DNA of 64,000 nt from Sphingobacteriales bacterium (lineage in GTDB: Bacteria; Bacteroidota; Bacteroidia; Sphingobacteriales; Sphingobacteriaceae): positions 12,670 to 76,669 of the forward strand of contig REAS01000042.1 of the NCBI GenBank assembly GCA_004294495.1. Reading direction: 5' to 3'. How positions within the stretch are numbered: the stretch's first letter is position 1; every line of letters begins with the position of its first letter. The notes under the pieces are model-generated. The model worked only from the letters and a program-made list of their open reading frames with translations, was not told the DNA's origin and did not search any database. This document shows positions 31,327-41,488 of this stretch, piece by piece. Both the position numbers and the translations under genes were made by a program.

Positions 31327-31449
31327 AAGGCTGGTAATCAGATTTTTATATAAGTAAACTATTAATTTTTTAGTATTGTAAATTTATAATTTTTACACAT
31401 TAGTTTTCAACAAATGTTAGTCTGTGGAAAAATAGCGTGTTGTTAGTAA

Positions 31450-32793
31450 TTATTTTAAAAAGTCGGTGTCGCTAATATCGTCTTTAATAAATTTTTTACT
31501 TCCTTCTAAAATTGCGGCAAATAACCCTTTAGCTTTAGGTTGTTTTGTGGTTTCTTGTACAGGTTTGGCTATAGTGCTGGCCTTTTCTAACTCGCTTTCA
31601 TTTTTTTGTATCCCTTTCATTAATAAGCCAATACCTGTGGCGTACATTGGGCTTTTTAAATCTTCGTACACATTTTTTGGAAGTGCTTCATTTTTGGCTA
31701 AATGTTCGGTAGGGTAGCCCACTCTGCAATCTAAACCTGTAATAAACTCTACCAACTGGGTAATATGTTTAAGTTGAGCACCGCCACCTGTAATTACTAT
31801 ACCACCAATTAATTTATTTTCGTAATTGGATGATTTTATCTCGTAATAAACATGTTCGATAATTTCTTCCATACGGGCCTCAATAATATTTGCAAGGTTT
31901 TTTATCGAAATTTCTTTAGGTGCTTTATCTCTCAAACTTGGCACACAAACAATTTCGTTATCACGGTTTTCATCGGCCAAAGCCGAACCAAATTTAACTT
32001 TTAAAAGTTCGGCTTGGTTTTTCATCACACCACAACCTTCTTTTATATCTTCGGTAATTATATTTCCTCCAAACGGTATAACAGCAGTATGGCGTATAAT
32101 GCCTTCGTGAAAAATAGCTACATCGGTAGTGCCGCCGCCCACATCAACTAAAACTACACCCGCTTCTTTTTCCTCGTCGCTCAACACTGATTCGGCCGAT
32201 GCTAAAGGCTCCAAAATCAAATCTTGGGTTTCTAAATCGGCATTGTTAACACACTTCAAAATATTCTTTATAGCGCCAACCTGACCAGTAATAATATGAA
32301 AATTTGCTTCTAACCTAACGCCTGCCATACCAATTGGGTCTTTTACACCAGGTTCGTTATCTACCGTAAATTCTTGTGGTAAAACGTGTATAATTTCCTC
32401 GTTAGGGTTCATAGCCAGTTTGTACATATCATCAATTAATCGGTCGATATCTTTTTTACAAATCTCGGTACTTAAATCTTTACGAGTTAATATACCTCGG
32501 TGTTGTAAACTTTTAATATGTTGGCCTGCAATACCTACACTAACCACTTTTATATTAACATTTGATTGCGCACTTGCTTCTTTTACAGCTGCTATAATGC
32601 TTTTTGCTGTTGTAAGCAAGTTTGTAACTACACCACGCGATACGCCCAACGATTCGGCTTTTCCTAAGCCTAAAACTTCTATTTTGCCGTACTCGTTTCT
32701 ACGTCCAACAATAACGCATATTTTTGTTGTGCCAATATCTAATCCTACAACAATTGGCGAATCTATACTTTGTTTTGTGATGACTTTTTCCAT
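31450..32793 (-). CDS. ftsA: cell division protein FtsA
   Basis: 447 aa with an actin-like ATPase fold (VGLDIGTTKICV, DVGGGTTDVAIF, ITGGGAQL). Confidence 0.95.
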   Translation of the reverse strand: MEKVITKQSIDSPIVVGLDIGTTKICVIVGRRNEYGKIEVLGLGKAESLGVSRGVVTNLLTTAKSIIAAVKEASAQSNVNIKVVSVGIAGQHIKSLQHRGILTRKDLSTEICKKDIDRLIDDMYKLAMNPNEEIIHVLPQEFTVDNEPGVKDPIGMAGVRLEANFHIITGQVGAIKNILKCVNNADLETQDLILEPLASAESVLSDEEKEAGVVLVDVGGGTTDVAIFHEGIIRHTAVIPFGGNIITEDIKEGCGVMKNQAELLKVKFGSALADENRDNEIVCVPSLRDKAPKEISIKNLANIIEARMEEIIEHVYYEIKSSNYENKLIGGIVITGGGAQLKHITQLVEFITGLDCRVGYPTEHLAKNEALPKNVYEDLKSPMYATGIGLLMKGIQKNESELEKASTIAKPVQETTKQPKAKGLFAAILEGSKKFIKDDISDTDFLK

Positions 32794-32794
32794 A

Positions 32795-33676
32795 TTACTG
32801 AATTTTTTTGATGGTATCTTTTATGCTTTTATTAATAGTGTTTTTCTTTGTTAAACTGTCGGCCTTAACCAATTTTAGGGTATCAACTTTAAAGTTTATT
32901 GTGTCTCTTTTTTCGCAAACTATTTGCCCACTATAACTTAGGTTAATGGTGCGGTAAGTTTGCCAACCTGCTTTTGGCATTGCTTTTTTATAAAAAATAA
33001 GTAGGTTTCTAAATTTATTGCTTAAGCTATCGGCATTGCCTAAAATTATAGTTTGGTTACCCAAACGTGGCACTAATTGAATGTTGTGATTTTGTGTAAT
33101 AAAAATTTGTTCTATCTGCTCGTTCCATAAGGTATCTTTTGCAATAAAATTGGCAACGGCAAAAACACTTTTTCCAATTTGGGTTTTAAGGGTATCTATT
33201 TTACCATTAAATATTTCGTTAATATTACCATTTGCTGCCAAAACCCTAGCTGTAAAATGACTAGATAATGGTATTTTTAATCCGTTTTCATCAACATAAA
33301 AATCTTGCCCAGCATTATTAAAAATTCTTAAAATAGGCACACGTTGTTTTATTTCGGCGTGTATAATGCCATCCATATCGGCGTACACTTTTGCAAAAAG
33401 AATAAAAGGATTTGCTTTTAGTTTATCTTCTAAACTTTGCAAGTTTAGGTAACACAACCTTTTGCCTACCAATTCTTTATTGTTGGCATTTAAAATTTCG
33501 TAAACCTCGGCTTGTTCAATAAAAAACTGGTTGCCAGGCAATAAAACTTTAACAGATTTACACGTTAATTCTGTTTTTTCTTTTTCGATAAAACTCATCA
33601 ATACAAACAATCCCGATAGGCTAATAACCCACGCAAAAGTGTTAAATACCAAACGCCAGTTTATTTTTTTAAGCAT
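32795..33676 (-). CDS. ftsQ: cell division protein FtsQ/DivIB-like
   Basis: 293 aa with an N-terminal TM segment followed by a POTRA-like region. Sits between murC and ftsA. Confidence 0.7.
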   Translation of the reverse strand: MLKKINWRLVFNTFAWVISLSGLFVLMSFIEKEKTELTCKSVKVLLPGNQFFIEQAEVYEILNANNKELVGKRLCYLNLQSLEDKLKANPFILFAKVYADMDGIIHAEIKQRVPILRIFNNAGQDFYVDENGLKIPLSSHFTARVLAANGNINEIFNGKIDTLKTQIGKSVFAVANFIAKDTLWNEQIEQIFITQNHNIQLVPRLGNQTIILGNADSLSNKFRNLLIFYKKAMPKAGWQTYRTINLSYSGQIVCEKRDTINFKVDTLKLVKADSLTKKNTINKSIKDTIKKIQ

Positions 33677-35021
33677 TTTGTAGTAGGTTTTTTAAAGGTA
33701 AAACCAAGGTATCAATATCGCCAGCGCCAACGGTTAATAACAGTTGGGGCTGCTTGTTTTTTATATATTCTAAAGCTTGCTGTTTGCTGCAAATACGTTT
33801 GTTGGCTAGCGTAATTTTATCGAATAGCATTTGGCTATTCACATTTTCTATGGGTAGCTCTCGGGCTGGATAAATTTCTAACAGCACTAAATCATCAACA
33901 CTGCTTAATACTTCTGCAAAGGCATCGGCAAAATCCCGAGTACGGGTAAATAAATGTGGCTGAAAAATTACGGTTAATTCCTTATCGGGATAAAGGGTTT
34001 TAACCGCTTTAAAGCAGGCTTTTAATTCTTCGGGATGGTGAGCATAATCGTCGATAAATATTTTATCGGCTTTAAGCTGATACTCGAAACGACGTTTTAC
34101 ACCTTTAAACGAATGCAATGCTTCACGAATTATTTCTACATCAATACCCATTAAAAAAGCGACTTGTATGGCGGCAACCGCGTTTTCGATGTTATGCTGG
34201 CCAGGTAATCCTAAAATTAAACCCTCTAATTGTAGGTTTTGGTTTTTAAAATCGAACATAAAAGCACCGTTTTCTATACGTATATTTTGCGCTTCTGCAT
34301 CGGCTTTGCCCGTTATAGAATAGGTGGTACCTGTTGTTAAATCAAGCCCTTGTTTTCTAATTAAAGTACCATCGGGTTTTATTTGCGATGCAAACAATTG
34401 AAACGATTGCACCAAATGACTTTCATCGCCATAAATATCTAAATGGTCGGCATCCATTGAGGTAATAACCGCAATATTGGGGTGAAGGGTTAAAAAAGAT
34501 CTGTCGTATTCATCGGCTTCAACCACTAAAACATTATTGGTGCCAAAAAGTACGTTGGTGTTGTAATTACTACTAATGCCACCTAAAAAAGCCGAACAAT
34601 TGTTACCCGCACTTTGTAAAATATGCGCAATTAAACAACTGGTGGTGGTTTTGCCGTGTGTGCCAGCCACGGCAACGGTAAACATACCTTGCGATAATAT
34701 ACCCAATACCTGCGAGCGTTTTTGCAAATTGAACCCGTTTTGTTTAAAAAAGTTTAAAATGGGCGAACTTGCCGGTATTGCAGGGGTGTAAATTATTAAA
34801 GTGTTTGGGGAGTTTGTTGCAAATTCTTGCGGAATTTTAGCTTCGCTATCATCGTAATTGACCGCAATACCTTCGGCTATTAATGCCAAAGTAAGTGGGG
34901 TTTCGGTTTTATCATAACCACACACTTGGCAACCAATATGATGAAAGTATCGGGCAAGGCCGCTCATACCTATGCCACCTATGCCTACTAAATAAACTTT
35001 TTGTATATCGGCTAGTTTCAT
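33669..35021 (-). CDS. murC: UDP-N-acetylmuramate--L-alanine ligase
   Basis: 450 aa with GIGGIGMSGLA, GTHGKTTT and DDYAHHP. Confidence 0.95.
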   Translation of the reverse strand: MKLADIQKVYLVGIGGIGMSGLARYFHHIGCQVCGYDKTETPLTLALIAEGIAVNYDDSEAKIPQEFATNSPNTLIIYTPAIPASSPILNFFKQNGFNLQKRSQVLGILSQGMFTVAVAGTHGKTTTSCLIAHILQSAGNNCSAFLGGISSNYNTNVLFGTNNVLVVEADEYDRSFLTLHPNIAVITSMDADHLDIYGDESHLVQSFQLFASQIKPDGTLIRKQGLDLTTGTTYSITGKADAEAQNIRIENGAFMFDFKNQNLQLEGLILGLPGQHNIENAVAAIQVAFLMGIDVEIIREALHSFKGVKRRFEYQLKADKIFIDDYAHHPEELKACFKAVKTLYPDKELTVIFQPHLFTRTRDFADAFAEVLSSVDDLVLLEIYPARELPIENVNSQMLFDKITLANKRICSKQQALEYIKNKQPQLLLTVGAGDIDTLVLPLKNLLQNA

Positions 35022-36130
35022 ATTTTGTTGGCTAGTTTAAATATTTGATTGGCAATATCCACATCGGCATTAGGCAAAGCCAGTTGGCCAATATTGGTGC
35101 TTAGGGTTTGCATTAATTTACTGTCGTTTAATAAATTAATGGCAGCGTTAACCAAATCGGTTTCGGCTTTGTTATCGGCTATTAAAAGCGCACAATTTTT
35201 GTGTATTAATGCGTTGGCGTTTTTGGTTTGATGATCTTCGGCTACGTTGGGCGATGGAACTAAAATTACTGGCTTTTGTACTGCACAAAGTTCGGCAATA
35301 GTACCTGCTCCAGCTCGAGAAATTATTACATCGGCGGCAGCGTAAGCAAAATCCATACGGTTTAAAAACTCGTAAATTTTTATGCCATTATCTTTTTTAC
35401 GGTTACCATATTGCTCAATAATACCTTTATAATAGTATTTACCTGTTTGCCAAATTAGCTGTATATTGTTTTCTTCGAGCTTAGCTAAACCTGCCATTAT
35501 GGTTTTGTTTAGCGTACCTGCACCCAAACTTCCGCCTGTAAGTAGCACCGTTTTTTTTATCGGCGATAAGCCAAAATACTGTAAAGCTTCGGTACGTTTA
35601 CCCTCAACCGCAACCGATTGTTGCCTAATTGGATTTCCGGTTTTTATTATTTTTTGAGCTGGAAAAAAGGCTTCCATACCATCAAAAGCTACACATATTT
35701 TACTGGCTTTTTTACCCAAAAATTTATTGGTAATACCCGCATACGAATTTTGTTCTTGAATTAAAATGGGAATATTTTTTAACGATGCAGCGTACAACAA
35801 CGGCCCCGATGCATAACCACCTACACCTACCACTACATTGGGTTTAAAATTTTTAATAATGGTTGATGCTTGCAATACACTTTTTAAAACTTTAAATGGT
35901 AACAATAAGTTTTTAAGCAAGGCATTACGCTGAAAACCCTTAATATCTAAACCAATAATTTGATAACCAGCGGCAGGTACTTTTTCCATTTCCATTTTGC
36001 CTAGCGCACCTACAAAAAGTATTTCAGTACGGCTATCAATTTGCCGCAAAGCATTTGCAATGGCAATAGCTGGGAAAATATGCCCACCTGTGCCACCGCC
36101 GCTAATAATTATTCGTTTTGCAGTATCCAT
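35018..36130 (-). CDS. murG: undecaprenyldiphospho-muramoylpentapeptide beta-N-acetylglucosaminyltransferase
   Basis: ORF 35018..36163. I prefer the ATG at 36130 (MDTAKRIIISGGGTGGHIFPA), which lies just after the ftsW stop at 36135. Confidence 0.9.
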   Translation of the reverse strand: MDTAKRIIISGGGTGGHIFPAIAIANALRQIDSRTEILFVGALGKMEMEKVPAAGYQIIGLDIKGFQRNALLKNLLLPFKVLKSVLQASTIIKNFKPNVVVGVGGYASGPLLYAASLKNIPILIQEQNSYAGITNKFLGKKASKICVAFDGMEAFFPAQKIIKTGNPIRQQSVAVEGKRTEALQYFGLSPIKKTVLLTGGSLGAGTLNKTIMAGLAKLEENNIQLIWQTGKYYYKGIIEQYGNRKKDNGIKIYEFLNRMDFAYAAADVIISRAGAGTIAELCAVQKPVILVPSPNVAEDHQTKNANALIHKNCALLIADNKAETDLVNAAINLLNDSKLMQTLSTNIGQLALPNADVDIANQIFKLANKI

Positions 36131-36134
36131 AAAT

Positions 36135-37397
36135 TTATGCCATTGCTGGTATTTCGCCCACAATAATTTTGTCTTTATTTTTTAAGTTATCTGCTTTATA
36201 CTCTTCCACATCTTTACTTACCGATAGTATGATACCAAAAGCAATGCTGGTAAATAAAATGGATGTACCACCCATACTTACCAAAGGCAAAGGCACACCT
36301 GTAACTGGAAATAAATTTACCGCTACAGCCATATTTGCCAATGCTTGTATAGTTAAACTAAAGCCCAAACCTGCCGCCAATAAGGCACCAAATGCTTTTG
36401 GTGCTTGCGTAACGATGCGTATAATGCGGTACATTAAAATGAGATATAACACTATAACTAATAATCCGCCTAGCATACCATATTCTTCGATGATGATGGC
36501 ATAAATAAAATCGGAATAGGGGTGGGGTAAAAAGTTACGTTGTATGCTATTGCCTGGCCCTTTGCCAAAAATACCTCCATTTGCTATGGCAATTTTGGCT
36601 TGGTCTTCCTGAAAAGTTTTATCGGAGTTTTGCATTTCGGGGTGCATATACGATTGTATTCTGGATTCGTAGGTTTTACGCCTTGGACCAATTAGTATCA
36701 AACCTGCAAGTAAAACTAAACCTCCTAAACAAACAATTGCAATTTGTTTAAAGCTTATTCTACCAATTAAAAGTAATAAAATGCTTACACCAAATAACAT
36801 TAAAGCGGTTGATAAATTAGCAATCCCAATTAAAATGAACACCAAACATACCGAACCCATTATGGGTAAAAAGGCCTCTTTAACATCTTTTATGTTTTCT
36901 TGCTTTTTGGTAAGCATACGAGCTAAAAAGGTTATTAAAGCTAGTTTTGCCATATCGGATGTTTGAAAAGTTAAACCTGTACCCGGTATGGCTACCCAAC
37001 GACTTGCATCGTTTACGTGGCTGCCAAAAACTAATGTATACAATAAAAGTGGTATAGTAATTAGCATTAGCACTTTAGAAATACCTGCATAATAACGGTA
37101 GTTAACCAAATGCGAAAAATAAATTAATACAAAACCTACCACAATAAAAAGGAAGTGTTTAATAACCAACGACTCGGAGCCGATGCCTTTTTTGTGCGCC
37201 AATGTACCTGTTGAACTATATACCGCCAAAACCGAAAGTATAGACAATAGTATGATGATTAACCATATCCAACGGTCGCCTTTAGTACGATTTAAAATAT
37301 TGTGTATCAACTTATATTCTAATTTATAACTGCATAACTGCTTGTTTAAACTGGTTACCACGGTCTTCGTAACTGCTAAACAAATCGAAACTTGCAC
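36135..37397 (-). CDS. ftsW: FtsW/RodA/SpoVE family peptidoglycan polymerase; start uncertain
   Basis: Multi-TM SEDS protein (..SDFIYAIIIEEYGMLGG.., PLVSMGGTS). The annotated ATG at 37397 overlaps murD by 74 nt. A TTG around 37310 (..IHNILNRTKGDRWIW) is the more typical start. Confidence 0.85.
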   Translation of the reverse strand: MQVSICLAVTKTVVTSLNKQLCSYKLEYKLIHNILNRTKGDRWIWLIIILLSILSVLAVYSSTGTLAHKKGIGSESLVIKHFLFIVVGFVLIYFSHLVNYRYYAGISKVLMLITIPLLLYTLVFGSHVNDASRWVAIPGTGLTFQTSDMAKLALITFLARMLTKKQENIKDVKEAFLPIMGSVCLVFILIGIANLSTALMLFGVSILLLLIGRISFKQIAIVCLGGLVLLAGLILIGPRRKTYESRIQSYMHPEMQNSDKTFQEDQAKIAIANGGIFGKGPGNSIQRNFLPHPYSDFIYAIIIEEYGMLGGLLVIVLYLILMYRIIRIVTQAPKAFGALLAAGLGFSLTIQALANMAVAVNLFPVTGVPLPLVSMGGTSILFTSIAFGIILSVSKDVEEYKADNLKNKDKIIVGEIPAMA

Positions 37398-38712
37398 AAG
37401 CCGGTGAAAGTAAAACGGTATCGCCTCGGGTAGCTAAATGGTTGGCAACTTCAACTGCATCCTGCGCCGTTGTGGTATTAACAATCACTTCAACTATATC
37501 TTCAAAAGCGTCGTGTATAGCTCGGGTATTTTTTCCCAAGCAAACAATTGCTTTTACTTTTTGCTTCACCAATTCACGTATCTCGTTGTAATTGTTGCCT
37601 TTATCAACACCGCCCATAATTAAAACAATATCTGTTTGGTACGAATCTAGCGCATACCAAGTAGAGTTTACGTTGGTGGCTTTAGAGTCGTTTATAAAAG
37701 TTACATCGCCAATTTTGGCAACAAACTCCAACCTATGGTCGGCGTTTTTAAAGTTGCTTAAGCTTTCGCGGATTTTAGGATTTCTAATATCTAAAATTTT
37801 GGCAGCTATGCCCGAAGCCATAGAATTATACAAATTGTGCTTGCCTTGTAGTGCTAAATCGTTCACGGTCATTTCAAAAGTATCGTTAGCATTAGTGTTT
37901 ATTTGCATAGTATTGTTGTTTAAAAACGCACCAGATTTTATTGGGTGTAGAATTGAAATAGGGTGTTTTTGGGCGTTTATAATTTTGTTATTTATTTCTT
38001 TTAAGATTTCGGCATCATCATCGCAATAAATAAAATGATTTGCTGCGGTTTGGTTTTGGGCAATGCGAAATTTTGAGTTTACATAATTTTGCATCTTATA
38101 ATCGTACCTATCTAAATGGTCGGGTGTTATGTTTAGCAATACAGCAATATCAGCTCTAAAGGCAAACATATTATCTAACATAAAGCTGCTAATTTCTAAC
38201 ACGTAAAAATCAAAGTTTTGGTTAGCTACTTGCCTTGCAAAACTGTAACCAATGTTGCCTGCCAAGCCCACATTTAAACCTGCATTTTTTAAAATGTGGT
38301 AGGTAAGTAAAGTAGTGGTGGTTTTGCCATTGCTACCTGTAATACAAATGGTTTGGGCTTTGGTGTAGCGACCAGCAAACTCAATTTCGGATATGATGGG
38401 CGTATTTTTTGCCAACAGTTTTTGTATTATTTCTACCTTATCGGGGATGCCTGGGCTTTTTACAACCTCTACGGCATTTAAAATAATAGCCTCGGTATGT
38501 TGGTTTTCCTCGAAATAAATATTTAGGTTTTGTAACTCGGTTTTGTAATTTTCTTTTATCGCACCAAAATCAGAAACAAACACATTAAAACCTTGTTTTT
38601 GCCCCAAAACAGCAGCGCCTACGCCACTTTCGCCAGCACCCAAAATGCATAGCAAAGGTTTATCGGTATCAAATACCAAACCGCTTAATGTATATGTATT
38701 TGGGTTTTGCAT
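37324..38712 (-). CDS. murD: UDP-N-acetylmuramoylalanine--D-glutamate ligase
   Basis: 462 aa with GAGESGVG, ITGSNGKTTT and NDSKATN. Confidence 0.9.
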   Translation of the reverse strand: MQNPNTYTLSGLVFDTDKPLLCILGAGESGVGAAVLGQKQGFNVFVSDFGAIKENYKTELQNLNIYFEENQHTEAIILNAVEVVKSPGIPDKVEIIQKLLAKNTPIISEIEFAGRYTKAQTICITGSNGKTTTTLLTYHILKNAGLNVGLAGNIGYSFARQVANQNFDFYVLEISSFMLDNMFAFRADIAVLLNITPDHLDRYDYKMQNYVNSKFRIAQNQTAANHFIYCDDDAEILKEINNKIINAQKHPISILHPIKSGAFLNNNTMQINTNANDTFEMTVNDLALQGKHNLYNSMASGIAAKILDIRNPKIRESLSNFKNADHRLEFVAKIGDVTFINDSKATNVNSTWYALDSYQTDIVLIMGGVDKGNNYNEIRELVKQKVKAIVCLGKNTRAIHDAFEDIVEVIVNTTTAQDAVEVANHLATRGDTVLLSPACASFDLFSSYEDRGNQFKQAVMQL

Positions 38713-40013
38713 TATCTAAGTTTAAGAGTTACAATGGTTATTACGGCTAATAAAATTCCAACAATCCAAAAGCGAGTAACAATTTTAGATTCGTGGTAAC
38801 CCTTTTTTTGAAAATGATGGTGCAGTGGTGCCATTAAAAATACCCTACGCCCTTGGCCAAATTTTTTCTTGGTAAACTTGAACCAAAACACTTGAATAAT
38901 AACCGATAAATTTTCGACTAAAAATACGCCGCACAAAACCGGTATTAACAACTCTTTACGAATAGCAATAGCAAAAACCGCAATAATACCGCCAATGGTT
39001 AAGCTACCAGTATCGCCCATAAAAACTTGTGCTGGGTAGGTATTGTACCATAAAAACCCAATACAAGCACCCACAAATGCACCAGCAAAAATTACCAATT
39101 CGCCACTGTTGGGTATGTAAATAATGTTTAAATAATCGGCAATAATGGTATTGCCCGATACGTAGGCCAGCAGCGCTAAAGTTAAACCTATAATAGCCGA
39201 TGTGCCTGTGGCCAAGCCATCGATACCGTCGGTAATATTTGCCCCGTTTGATACCGCCGTAATAATTACGATGGTAAAAAGCAAAAAAACTATTAAACCA
39301 TATTTTTGATAATCGCCACCTAAAAACTTTAAAACTTTGGCGTAATCAAACTCGTTATTTTTGTAAAACGGAATGTTGGTTACCGTACTTTTAACATCTT
39401 TGGCATAATATATACCATCGGCTTTATGTATTTTAATTAATTTTTCGCCTGTTGGCGATGTAACTTCTTGCGACGACCCTATTTGGTTTTTTTCGGTAGA
39501 TTGTGAGTAATTTATAGGTGTTTTAGAAATAGTTTTTCGTACTAAAATATTAGAGTGATAAAACATAGTATAACCCACAATTAGCGATAAGCCCACTTGC
39601 CCAACAATTTTAAAACGACCAGCTAAGCCTTCTTTATTTTTTTTAAATACTTTTATATAATCGTCTAAAAACCCAATTGCGCCCATCCAAAGGGTGGTAA
39701 CTAGCATTAAAATTATGTAAATATTATCGAGTTTGGCGAACAATAAAACCGGTATAACAATGCCTGCAATAATAATTAAACCGCCCATAGTTGGGGTACC
39801 TGCTTTTTGCATTTGCCCATCTAAGCCTAGATTGCGTACGGTTTCGCCCACTTGTTTCATTCTTAAAAAATGTATGAGTTTTGAGCCGTAAACCGTGGTA
39901 ATTATCAACGATAAAATAATAGCCATTGCTGCCCTAAACGATATAAACTGAAACAAACCAGCACCAGGCAGGTTATAATGTTTATCTATATATGCAAAAA
40001 AGTAGTACAACAT
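38712..40013 (-). CDS. mraY: phospho-N-acetylmuramoyl-pentapeptide transferase
   Basis: 433 aa with [28 protein letters not shown] and APLHHHF. Confidence 0.95.
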   Translation of the reverse strand: MLYYFFAYIDKHYNLPGAGLFQFISFRAAMAIILSLIITTVYGSKLIHFLRMKQVGETVRNLGLDGQMQKAGTPTMGGLIIIAGIVIPVLLFAKLDNIYIILMLVTTLWMGAIGFLDDYIKVFKKNKEGLAGRFKIVGQVGLSLIVGYTMFYHSNILVRKTISKTPINYSQSTEKNQIGSSQEVTSPTGEKLIKIHKADGIYYAKDVKSTVTNIPFYKNNEFDYAKVLKFLGGDYQKYGLIVFLLFTIVIITAVSNGANITDGIDGLATGTSAIIGLTLALLAYVSGNTIIADYLNIIYIPNSGELVIFAGAFVGACIGFLWYNTYPAQVFMGDTGSLTIGGIIAVFAIAIRKELLIPVLCGVFLVENLSVIIQVFWFKFTKKKFGQGRRVFLMAPLHHHFQKKGYHESKIVTRFWIVGILLAVITIVTLKLR

Positions 40014-41488
40014 TAGGCTAGTAAATTAAATTGCTGTGTTAATATTTCTTTATCATCAAAATGGGTTTTTACCCCCTTTATTTCTTGGTACTTCTCGTGA
40101 CCTTTGCCGGCTAGCAAAATAATGTCTCCGGGTTGTGCAAGGTGGCAAGCAGTTTTTATGGCCTCTCGTCTATCGGTAATGCACATTACTTTTTTCTGAT
40201 TTACAGGCGATACGCCTGTCATCATTTCTTCAATAATTTTTTCTGGAGATTCGGTACGAGGGTTATCAGAAGTTAAAATTACTTTATCGCTCCAATCGCA
40301 AGCCGTTTTTGCCATTATTGGGCGTTTGGTTTTATCTCTATCGCCGCCGCAACCAATTATGGTAATTACTTTTTGGTTGCCGTTTGCTAAATCGCTTATG
40401 GTGCTTAATACGTTTTGTACGGCATCGGGTGTGTGGGCATAATCTACAATACCAATTACTTTATTGGGCGAAATTATATAATCAAACCGCCCCTCGGCAC
40501 CGCTTAATTTGCTTAAAATGGTAAGTACATTTAGGCTATCTTGCTCTAGCAACATTGCTGTACCGTAAACTGCTAAAAGGTTGTAGGCGTTAAAACTGCC
40601 CACCATTTTAAAATACACTTCTTCGCCGTTAACCTCTAAATGCAAACCCGAAAATTGGTTTTCGATAATTTTAGCCTTAAAATTTGCAAGTGTTTTTAGT
40701 GCGTAAGTTTGTTTGGTGGCTAAAGTATTTTGCAGCATTACGTTACCGTTTTTATCGTCGGTATTGGTGAGGGCAAAAGCTGGTTTTTTAAGCCCATCAA
40801 AAAATGCTTTTTTGGCTTTTATGTAGTTGTCAAATGTTTTATGAAAATCTAAATGATCGTGTGTGATGTTGGTAAACACACCTCCCGCAAAGGTTAAACC
40901 AGCAATACGCTCTTGTACTATGGCGTGTGAGCTTACTTCCATAAAGCAATAATCGCAACCTTGGTTAACCATATGGTTTAGCAATTGGTTAAGTGCAATT
41001 GGGTTGGGTGTGGTATGTGTAGATGGTGAAATTTTACCGTTTATTTGGTTTTCTACCGTTGATATTAAACCTGTTTTGTAGCCCAAATCCATAAAAAGTT
41101 GGTACAATAAAGTGGCTACAGTGGTTTTGCCGTTGGTGCCAGTAATACCCACTAGTTTTAGTTTTTGACTAGGATTTTGGTAATAATTTGCCGCAATTAT
41201 GCCTAAGGCTTTCGCCGAGTTAGCCACTTTAATATACGTTATCCCGTCAATTAATTCATCGGGTAAAACCTGGCAAACTATGGCAATTGCACCTTGTTTT
41301 ATAGTAGCTGTTATGTATTGGTGGCCATTGGTTTGCGTACCATCAATAGCTATAAAAAGCGAGTTTGCGTTTACATCTCTCGAATCGAAATGTAGGGCAT
41401 TAATTTCTAAATGGGTTGTACCCACCACCTGCTCAATAGCAACACCATACAATATATCTTTTAGCAAACTCATATTATTGTAATGCAA
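40013..41488 (-). CDS. murE: UDP-N-acetylmuramoyl-tripeptide 2,6-diaminopimelate ligase
   Basis: 491 aa with [18 protein letters not shown] and the [11 protein letters not shown] motif. An alternative start is the ATG at 41473 (MSLLKDIL). Confidence 0.9.
   Translation of the reverse strand: MHYNNMSLLKDILYGVAIEQVVGTTHLEINALHFDSRDVNANSLFIAIDGTQTNGHQYITATIKQGAIAIVCQVLPDELIDGITYIKVANSAKALGIIAANYYQNPSQKLKLVGITGTNGKTTVATLLYQLFMDLGYKTGLISTVENQINGKISPSTHTTPNPIALNQLLNHMVNQGCDYCFMEVSSHAIVQERIAGLTFAGGVFTNITHDHLDFHKTFDNYIKAKKAFFDGLKKPAFALTNTDDKNGNVMLQNTLATKQTYALKTLANFKAKIIENQFSGLHLEVNGEEVYFKMVGSFNAYNLLAVYGTAMLLEQDSLNVLTILSKLSGAEGRFDYIISPNKVIGIVDYAHTPDAVQNVLSTISDLANGNQKVITIIGCGGDRDKTKRPIMAKTACDWSDKVILTSDNPRTESPEKIIEEMMTGVSPVNQKKVMCITDRREAIKTACHLAQPGDIILLAGKGHEKYQEIKGVKTHFDDKEILTQQFNLLA

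Noticed and set aside
29855-31357. Antisense ORFs within ftsZ (29855..30118, 30371..30847, 30926..31357), and similar ones within ftsA, murC, murG, ftsW, murD, murE, ftsI, rsmH and the symporter (e.g. 18063..18794)
   Set aside because: These are shadow ORFs on the opposite strand of strongly supported genes, with low-complexity translations.
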